From NCBI GenBank assembly GCA_937893495.1, contig CALBIE010000391.1:1363-65362 (forward strand): a DNA stretch of 64,000 nt, read 5' to 3'. A model generated the notes under the pieces. That model had not been told where the DNA came from. It made no database searches and saw only the letters and a list, made by a program, of their open reading frames with translations. This DNA is from an uncultured Verrucomicrobiales bacterium. Its GTDB lineage: Bacteria; Verrucomicrobiota; Verrucomicrobiia; Limisphaerales; JAYPXF01. Both the position numbers and the translations under genes were made by a program. This document shows, piece after piece, positions 23,754 through 30,714 of this stretch. The stretch's first letter is position 1, and each line of letters begins with the position of its first letter.

Positions 23754-26519
23754 ATGCCTGATTCAATACCCCAAACCTGTCCAAAATGCGGCCGGCCGCT
23801 TTCGGTTATCGGTGCCGGCACGGCAAAGTTTTTCGTTTGTGCTCCCTGCAATGTCACGCTTTCGCCCGATGACCAGGATTCGGAGCCCTCGACTGCACCG
23901 ATTGTGCTGGGCACCGATACGTCGCCGACCATTCCGCCAAACGGAGCATTCTGCTTCCCGTCTCTTACGCGCTGGGCGGCACTGGCAGTTGCGATGATCC
24001 TCGGACTCGCATGGATCTTATGGATTGGCATGCAGTTGAGCAGATTCTCTTCTCAAGGCGCCGGAATCGGGATTTTCGGTCCACCTTTTACCTTGTTGAT
24101 TTTGTCGGGAAAGGCAGCGCAATGGAGTATCGCCGGCTTTTTGATGGTGTTCGTCGCTCAACGCGTAAAACAACCAAAGGATTTGCTGCACCGAGTCCAT
24201 CTGGCGGCGTTATTGAGTGTCGCCGCGTTGGTGGCCAATCAGTCAGGCCTTTCGCTTCCGCTTGGGTTTCCTAGCCAAACCCTTCGTTATGCCGAGTCGG
24301 CAGGTTTCATCGCCTTTCTCCTGACGTTCGGGCTGCAGAAGGTCGATCCGGTCGCCAAGCGGCGGCCCCGCGTGCAACATCTGGCGATCTGGACGGCCGC
24401 GTTCATAGCCTTGGCATCTGTCGTTGGTTTCGCTGGATTGCCGGGATTTGTGTTGAGCGGTGCGTTCCTGTTGGCCCAAGGGCTGCAGGTCGTTTTCTTC
24501 TTCAGTTGCTTTAGGGAGCGACTCTCGATTCCCACCGCCATTCCTGAAGTGGGAGGTGATGCAGCGGCTGCACCGAAACCATCCTGGGGCCGGCAGGCAC
24601 TCGTCACCTCCATTTTTACCGGTGGAAGTATCCTTTGCTATGTTACCGCCTTGGCCAGCCCCGCCCTTGAAGGAGATGGCAGTCGAAGCGTGACGGGCCT
24701 CACCTGCCTTCTCTTTGGATGGATGAGTCTGGGCGACAACCAGGCATGGTTTGCGAATTTTTGCCTGTTCCCCGCTCTTTTCCTCTTAATGGCGCGAGGC
24801 TTGAGTGAACCACCCGCGAAGCGGCAAACCTGTCCCTCGTATTTTTTGGTCGTCATCCTCGCGGGATTGGCACTCGCCCTGTCGCTTGGAGCATTGGACA
24901 TGAAGGGTTTCGCCGTGCCCGTCGGTTGGGGGGGGCAGAGCAGCAATAAATGGCCGATAACGTCCATCGGACCCGGTTGTTATCTGTGGATCGCAAGCAT
25001 CCTTTTCATCGGAATGGGGGCTGTTGTTCTGATTCTAAGGGACCTATTGAATCTCAAGTCGACGGGCAGGCGAAGTTTGCTGGTGCTCGGCGGCGTCTCT
25101 GCAGTGGCGCTGTCTGTGGCGAGCCTCGCCAAATATGAAAAATCCTTACTGACAAAAAACCGCTATCGCAATGTTCCGTCGCAGCCCCAGGGTCGATCAG
25201 CCGCCCAAGGCGGAGTGAGTCGCCGACCGAGCCCGACTGCTTCTTTCACCGGCAAAATCCCAACACTCTCTGTTGCTCAATTCACCAATGCGTTTCTGCC
25301 CACGAACGGACTCGTGGCGTGGTTTCCTTTCAACAGTACCGTTCTGGACGAGAGTGGAAACGATCTTCATGCGACCAATCATGGCGCCCGATTCGTGGCC
25401 GATCGCTTTGGCATCGCGGAGCGGGCATTGAGGTTTGATGGAAAACAATATGTCGATTGTGGCACGAACCGCATTTTCGAACTGGGTGAACAGGGCACGC
25501 TGGCCTGTTGGATGCTTTCGTTCCAACCAACCGGCCCGCTCATTGGCAAAGATCCATTCCGGTATCACGACGACGTCCAGCTCGGCATCGATCCCCACGA
25601 TCGCGCCCGGGGCAAAATTGCCTTGGCAATGAGTCCGAAGCGCGAGGAAAAGATACACGTCGCCACCGGGCCAACTGCCACGCCCGGTCGCTGGTATCAC
25701 GTGCTTGGCCAATGGGACAAAAACGGTTATCGCCTGTTCATCAATGGGAAGCAGGTCGCCTCGGGTTCTGGAGCCCACAGTGTTCATGCTGCCGGCCATC
25801 CGTTGTTAATCGGCCGCTTTCAGACCAACCGATTCTTTCGCGGAATCATTGACGATGTCGCCATCTACGATCGTGCGCTGAGCGGCGATGAAGTGGAATC
25901 ACTTCATCGCTATTCTGAATTGGCCCTATGGCGGCACTCGCTAATGGAACATGGAATTGATTCGACGAAGTTGTCCTTCAACGGATCAAAATTGGAATTC
26001 GGCCTTGTTGATGGCCATGATTTACGCCCATTAACGGGAATCCCGCTCAATAGACTCTATTTCGTCGGGTCGCCGGTCACGAATCTGACCCCACTCGTTG
26101 GCATGCCGCTTGAGCACATCAATCTGCATGCGAGCCCGAAATTGAAGGACTTGTCCCCCCTCAGTGAACTGCCACTCAATTCCCTGATTCTCGATCGATG
26201 CACAGGCATTCTGGATTTGTCCCCTCTCAAGAACTTGAAGTTACGAGAACTTGATTTGAACGACATGCTGATCGCCGATCTTGCCCCTATCGGACAAATG
26301 AAGGTGACCTTCCTTCGGCTCGAAAACTGCCGCCAGATCGCAACCCTCAAACCGTTGCTGGGAAACACATCAATCGAAACCTTGGTCGTCCACACCGATG
26401 TTCCCGACATCGAAGTGATCCGATCTCTCCCCAATCTGAAGAAAGTCGGATTCACCTCAGCCAAACTGAAAACGCCGGAACAATTCTGGGAAGAATACGA
26501 TTTGAAGAAAAAACATTAG
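23754..26519 (+). CDS. mosaic-family protein: zinc ribbon - large polytopic membrane domain - LamG domain - LRR-like module 1
   Basis: 921-aa ORF. CPKCGRPL...CAPC, then roughly 10 or more hydrophobic helices. LamG (LVAWFPFNSTVLDESGNDLHATNHGARFVADRFG...GIIDDVAIYDRALSGDEVESL). C-terminal LRR-like repeats ending FWEEYDLKKKH. Confidence 0.9.
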   Translation: MPDSIPQTCPKCGRPLSVIGAGTAKFFVCAPCNVTLSPDDQDSEPSTAPIVLGTDTSPTIPPNGAFCFPSLTRWAALAVAMILGLAWILWIGMQLSRFSSQGAGIGIFGPPFTLLILSGKAAQWSIAGFLMVFVAQRVKQPKDLLHRVHLAALLSVAALVANQSGLSLPLGFPSQTLRYAESAGFIAFLLTFGLQKVDPVAKRRPRVQHLAIWTAAFIALASVVGFAGLPGFVLSGAFLLAQGLQVVFFFSCFRERLSIPTAIPEVGGDAAAAPKPSWGRQALVTSIFTGGSILCYVTALASPALEGDGSRSVTGLTCLLFGWMSLGDNQAWFANFCLFPALFLLMARGLSEPPAKRQTCPSYFLVVILAGLALALSLGALDMKGFAVPVGWGGQSSNKWPITSIGPGCYLWIASILFIGMGAVVLILRDLLNLKSTGRRSLLVLGGVSAVALSVASLAKYEKSLLTKNRYRNVPSQPQGRSAAQGGVSRRPSPTASFTGKIPTLSVAQFTNAFLPTNGLVAWFPFNSTVLDESGNDLHATNHGARFVADRFGIAERALRFDGKQYVDCGTNRIFELGEQGTLACWMLSFQPTGPLIGKDPFRYHDDVQLGIDPHDRARGKIALAMSPKREEKIHVATGPTATPGRWYHVLGQWDKNGYRLFINGKQVASGSGAHSVHAAGHPLLIGRFQTNRFFRGIIDDVAIYDRALSGDEVESLHRYSELALWRHSLMEHGIDSTKLSFNGSKLEFGLVDGHDLRPLTGIPLNRLYFVGSPVTNLTPLVGMPLEHINLHASPKLKDLSPLSELPLNSLILDRCTGILDLSPLKNLKLRELDLNDMLIADLAPIGQMKVTFLRLENCRQIATLKPLLGNTSIETLVVHTDVPDIEVIRSLPNLKKVGFTSAKLKTPEQFWEEYDLKKKH

Positions 26520-26528
26520 AGCCGACCG

Positions 26529-26559
26529 TCAATGCTTTTGAAGGTTGGAAAGGTGAAAT
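26529..26559 (+). promoter_or_regulatory. conserved leader module (third, diverged copy)
   Basis: tcaatgcttttgaaggttggaaaggtgaaatATGGCAAAGCC starts 9 nt after the stop of the LRR1-ending gene. The layout matches that at 19112/19121. Confidence 0.3.
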
Positions 26560-27993
26560 ATGGCAAAGCCGGTTACACACATTTGTCACGGGTGCGGGAA
26601 TGGCATTCCGCACGATGCTGAAGCAACAGGTAAGACTGTTTCGTGTCCGTATTGTGCAGTAGCGACCGAACTGGGAAAAATCTACCCGACATCTGAAATG
26701 TCCCGTGCGAATCCATGGGACGAGAGCGAGGAAGCCTCCCCGGAACAAACAGCTGAGATAACGGCACAAGGTTACCAATCCCCCCCTCCCCTTCCAAGGA
26801 AAGATGCCGATTCCACCGCTGACGTCGGCGAATCTGAGCAATCAATTCGTGGCCGCTCGGTGCGCAAGCGCGAACAGCCCGTAAAGGCTAACACTGAAGG
26901 AGGATCCTTGTTATTTCTTAGAGGATTCTTGTTAACGCTTTTGGGCATGGCTGCTGGGTTCGCTCTGGGTTTTAACTACCAAGATTCGATAAGCCCTGCT
27001 GTTACTAATCCGAGCACCGGGGAGCTGAACCCCGTCTTAATGGCCTTCAACGTGTTTGTGGGGTGTTGCGGAGCGGCTATCGGAGGAGTCATTGGGATTT
27101 TGTCACACTTGGTTTTGAAAGAATTTACAAAGCAGGATAAGGCGGGAGGCGGTATTGCCATCAGCCTATCCGAGATAATCGTCATTGCCGTCATGATCGC
27201 GGGCGTAATCTTTTCCACGCAGTTCGAATTCAAGGGACGTAGCGGCGCCAATCCGGTCAAGGTGGCAAAACTCGAACACGTCGTTTCAACGAATGAGACC
27301 AAGCCGAACAAGCCGGTGGTATCTCAAACGAATACCGACCCGACCAATCCGGAACTGGTCAGGTGGCAAAACAAAATGACCAAAGAAGGTCTCGAGAAGG
27401 TGAACCAGCTGCCAATTCCAATTCAATTGGCCTTGAAGGGGCGGGCCACCAAGGATGGGCAGGGAAACATTTCGATGAGTTTCCGGGAGTCCAAGATCGA
27501 CGACCTTTCAGGGATCAATGCCCTGCCCGTGACCGAACTCGATTTGGACTTGACCGGCATCCGGAACCTGAAGCCCTTGGAGGGCCTAAAGCTCCGGGTC
27601 CTGAAGCTTTACAATACCAGGGTGACCGACCTTCGCCCACTTTCGGACATGCCCTTGAATGTCCTGTTCATTAACAGCCCCGTCGCCGACCTGGAACCGC
27701 TGCGCGGAATGCCCTTGACAAACATGGCGGTCGTTTCGTCTGCAGTTGTGGATATCAGACCGTTGGCAGGAATGAAATTGAACAAGCTGTGGATTGCGAG
27801 CGATCGACTTGTGAGTCTTGCCTCCTTGAAGGGACAGCCGATCGAGAATCTCGAACTGGGTTGCCCGTCGATTTCGGATCTGTCGCCTCTGCTGGAATGC
27901 AGGCAGCTAAAGCGGTTGACGATTCACCCCAACCTGAACAAACGCGCCGGGATCCTCCTCCGTCATCCGTCATTGACCAACATTGTGAATTAG
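26560..27993 (+). CDS. mosaic-family protein: zinc ribbon - NPWDE - S/T-rich juxtamembrane motif - 3 TM - LRR-like module 2
   Basis: 477-aa ORF. MAKPVTHICHGCGNGIPHDAEATGKTVSCPYC; NPWDESEE; PRKDADSTADVGESEQSIRGRSV; three hydrophobic helices. C-terminal LRR-like repeats ending HPSLTNIVN, paralogous to the tail of the 28074 gene. Confidence 0.9.
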   Translation: MAKPVTHICHGCGNGIPHDAEATGKTVSCPYCAVATELGKIYPTSEMSRANPWDESEEASPEQTAEITAQGYQSPPPLPRKDADSTADVGESEQSIRGRSVRKREQPVKANTEGGSLLFLRGFLLTLLGMAAGFALGFNYQDSISPAVTNPSTGELNPVLMAFNVFVGCCGAAIGGVIGILSHLVLKEFTKQDKAGGGIAISLSEIIVIAVMIAGVIFSTQFEFKGRSGANPVKVAKLEHVVSTNETKPNKPVVSQTNTDPTNPELVRWQNKMTKEGLEKVNQLPIPIQLALKGRATKDGQGNISMSFRESKIDDLSGINALPVTELDLDLTGIRNLKPLEGLKLRVLKLYNTRVTDLRPLSDMPLNVLFINSPVADLEPLRGMPLTNMAVVSSAVVDIRPLAGMKLNKLWIASDRLVSLASLKGQPIENLELGCPSISDLSPLLECRQLKRLTIHPNLNKRAGILLRHPSLTNIVN

Positions 27994-28073
27994 TAAGCAC
28001 ACGGACGATTGGGAAAAGGCCCCATACGTCGAAAAGTTCCAGACAAAGTATCACTCTCAACATCATCGACCGA

Positions 28074-30644
28074 ATGATTAAGTTGCTACCTCTACTTGGC
28101 CTCGTTTTCTATATCGTGGCGGTTTCCCGTGCAGTCCCTTGTGCAAAAGAACGAGGTCTCAAGCCTCTCCACATCTGGCTGGCCGCCATCCCGCTATGGT
28201 TTTTCAATCAGGTAATTGCGGGTCCGCTGATCTTGGTTCCAATCCTAAGACTTCTAGGACCCCTTGCAGGTCTGTTCTATCACTCGCAGTTTTGGCAGGG
28301 GCTATTGGTTTTCTTGCTGATCCGGATCTTTCGCCGCCCTCGGAAAGAGGCCGATTCCAGCACTGACGTCGGCGAATCTGAGCAGTCAGTTCGTGGCCGC
28401 TCGGTATTCGTTCAGATGTCGAGAGGCGTCTTGTTGGGCGGGGCCGCTGGAGTAGTGGTGATATTGATCGCCGTCTCGCAGATGTTCGGTGCTGATGCGG
28501 GCGGGTTTATGATTGTCTTCGGAGGACCCCTGCTCGTGTTGGCAATCATCGGCGCTTCAGCGTACTTGGCAATCGGACGGTTCACGAACGGAAGCAGACG
28601 GTCTCGTCGCCCGGCGACCGGGTTGCGATGGATCGCCGCACTGTTGCTGGTATTTGGAATCGCCTACGCCGCGTCGCTATTCAATCGGCCCAGAGCGAAT
28701 CTGCCCAAACCCGTGGCCAGTGCAAACGCCGAACGAAGCCAGTGCCTGAAACATCTCAAAGAAATCGTGCTTGCCTTCAAGATATTCGCGGAGAAAAACG
28801 ATGGTCGGTTCCCCTTTGAATTCGAAGGCCCACCGGGAACAAAACCGTTTGTCAAACGTGATTCCAACGGCGACGAAATCGATCCCTTCCGCCATTTCTT
28901 GACGCTGAGCAACCAACTCGGTTCAACCAGGCTACTCACCTGTCCCAGTGACAAATCACGGAAAATGGCGGCCGATTGGACCTCGTTCCGTTTGGCTAAC
29001 ATCACCTACAAACTCCGAACCGGTCCGCAGGTCAACGGGATGCAGAATAACCAGAACGTGCTGATGTGGTGCCCGATTCACTTTACCCGCGCCTATTGTG
29101 ACAGTTCGGTCGGGCTGGGAAATCAGAGGCAGTTACTTGAAGCCATCGAGGCCGGAAAGAAGGCAAGTGTCAAACCACGCCCGGTGGATCGATCGCCAAA
29201 CAAATCGAAGGCTCTCGCTTCCAATTCTCCGCCCTTCCAAGAGCGATCCGACAATCCCGCCACGCCGAATCGGGTCACAAAGCGAAAGGCGAGGGCGAAT
29301 CCCCGGCCTACTCCAGAGCCACTCTGGCAGGGGAAAATTCCGACCATTCCAGTCCAACAGTTTACCAACGCTTACGCTCCAACGAACGGTCTCGTCGCGT
29401 GGTATCCCTTCAACGGCAATGTGCAGGATGAGAGCGGGAACGAACGCCATGCAACCAATCGTGGCGCGCGGTTCGTGCCAGATCGTTTTGGCGTGTCCGA
29501 TGGGGCGCTGAGATTTGACGGGAAACAATTTGTTGATTGCGGGACCAACAGCGTTTTCGAGTTGGGTAAACAGGGCAGCCTGGGATGCTGGATGTTACCG
29601 TTTGAAAGAACCGGCCCCTTGGTCGGCAAGGATTCCCTAAAGTTTCACGACGACATCCAGTTGGGAGTCAATCCCCACAACAAGGCCCGCGGGAAAATCG
29701 CGATGGCAATGAGCCCGAAGGAGGGCGAGCAAATCCGCCTTGCAACGGGCCCGGAAATCACGCCGGGCAAGTGGTATCACGTGCTGGGCCAATGGGACAC
29801 CAACGGCTTTCGCCTGTTTGTCAATGGGAAGCAAGTCGCCGAAAATACCGGTGACTATCGGGTTCATGCCGCTGGACACCCGCTGCTCATTGGGCGCTTT
29901 CAGACCAGTGAATACTTCAAAGGAATCATCGACGATGTTGCCATCTATAATCGGGCGCTGAGCGGCAACGAAGTGGAATCGCTTCATCGCTATTCCGAGT
30001 TGGCCCACTGCCAGAGCAGGCTGGAAAAGCAAGGTCTCGATCAGGTGAATCAATTGCCGACAAAGCTGCAATTGGCATTGATGGGCCGGGTATCCAAGGA
30101 CGCAGGCGGGAATCTGTCCATGAGTTTCAAGGATTCGAAAATACGCGACCTCTCCGGCCTCAACGGACTGCCGTTGACACGCCTCAATCTGGATGGAACC
30201 GGTGTTGCCGACTTGACTCCGCTGACGGGGTTGCGACTTCGTGAACTCAAACTCTGGGGAACACAGGTGACCAATCTGCAGGCGCTTTCGAAGATGCCAA
30301 TCAATGTCCTTTTCGTCGCCAGTCCGGTTGTTGACCTGGAACCCCTTCGGCACTGCCCGTTGGAGAATTTGTGGATTCTTTCGAAGAACCTCGCGGACAT
30401 CAGCCCGTTGACGGGAATGGAGTTGAACAATTTGTGGATTGGGAGCGACCGACTGGAGGATATTTCCGCATTGAAGGGACAGCCGATCGAGATACTCCGG
30501 TTGGACGGGTGTCCGTCCATTGCGGACTTTTCGCCTTTACTGGAGTGCAAGCGGCTGAAGCGCCTGAAGATTCATCCGAAACTGACCAACCAAATCGAAT
30601 TCCTCCGCGCGCATCCGCCATTGACCGACATTGTCAACCAATAG
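28074..30644 (+). CDS. mosaic-family protein: polytopic TM with S/T-rich motif - pilin-like segment - LamG domain - LRR-like module 2
   Basis: Met at 28074 (MIKLLPLLGLVFYIVAV) chosen, because the ORF-track start at 27789 overlaps the preceding gene out of frame. PRKEADSSTDVGESEQSVRGRSV; SQCLKHLKEIVLAFKIFAEKNDGRFP (pseudopilin/DUF1559-like); LamG about three-quarters identical by eye to that of the 23754 gene; LRR-like tail ending HPPLTDIVNQ. Confidence 0.9.
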   Translation: MIKLLPLLGLVFYIVAVSRAVPCAKERGLKPLHIWLAAIPLWFFNQVIAGPLILVPILRLLGPLAGLFYHSQFWQGLLVFLLIRIFRRPRKEADSSTDVGESEQSVRGRSVFVQMSRGVLLGGAAGVVVILIAVSQMFGADAGGFMIVFGGPLLVLAIIGASAYLAIGRFTNGSRRSRRPATGLRWIAALLLVFGIAYAASLFNRPRANLPKPVASANAERSQCLKHLKEIVLAFKIFAEKNDGRFPFEFEGPPGTKPFVKRDSNGDEIDPFRHFLTLSNQLGSTRLLTCPSDKSRKMAADWTSFRLANITYKLRTGPQVNGMQNNQNVLMWCPIHFTRAYCDSSVGLGNQRQLLEAIEAGKKASVKPRPVDRSPNKSKALASNSPPFQERSDNPATPNRVTKRKARANPRPTPEPLWQGKIPTIPVQQFTNAYAPTNGLVAWYPFNGNVQDESGNERHATNRGARFVPDRFGVSDGALRFDGKQFVDCGTNSVFELGKQGSLGCWMLPFERTGPLVGKDSLKFHDDIQLGVNPHNKARGKIAMAMSPKEGEQIRLATGPEITPGKWYHVLGQWDTNGFRLFVNGKQVAENTGDYRVHAAGHPLLIGRFQTSEYFKGIIDDVAIYNRALSGNEVESLHRYSELAHCQSRLEKQGLDQVNQLPTKLQLALMGRVSKDAGGNLSMSFKDSKIRDLSGLNGLPLTRLNLDGTGVADLTPLTGLRLRELKLWGTQVTNLQALSKMPINVLFVASPVVDLEPLRHCPLENLWILSKNLADISPLTGMELNNLWIGSDRLEDISALKGQPIEILRLDGCPSIADFSPLLECKRLKRLKIHPKLTNQIEFLRAHPPLTDIVNQ

Positions 30645-30704
30645 CAGAAGAAGGCCAACGCAAGCGGCGATGGCGAACAACTTGGTTTTCTTGAGTAGTT
30701 TCAT
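30645..30704 (-). pseudogene. orphan 5' gene fragment encoding a lipoprotein-type signal peptide
   Basis: Minus-strand ATG at 30704 gives MKLLKKTKLFAIAACVGLLL. After these 20 codons the frame runs antisense into the 3' end of the 28074..30644 gene and terminates after 56 codons. Confidence 0.3.
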
Positions 30705-30714
30705 ATGTATGTTT

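Noticed and set aside
26816-26872. Interpreting DSTADV/DSSTDV as an FHA pT-x-x-D binding motif.
   Set aside because: The Asp is at +2 relative to the Thr, not at +3, and only Ser is at the right spacing. It is kept merely as a generic phospho-acceptor hypothesis.
16542-30644. Diversity-generating retroelement idea. This was prompted by a C-type-lectin-fold (FGE/SUMF1) domain plus repeated modules.
   Set aside because: There is no reverse transcriptase gene and no template/variable repeat pair with adenine-specific mismatches. The repeated modules differ at all base types.
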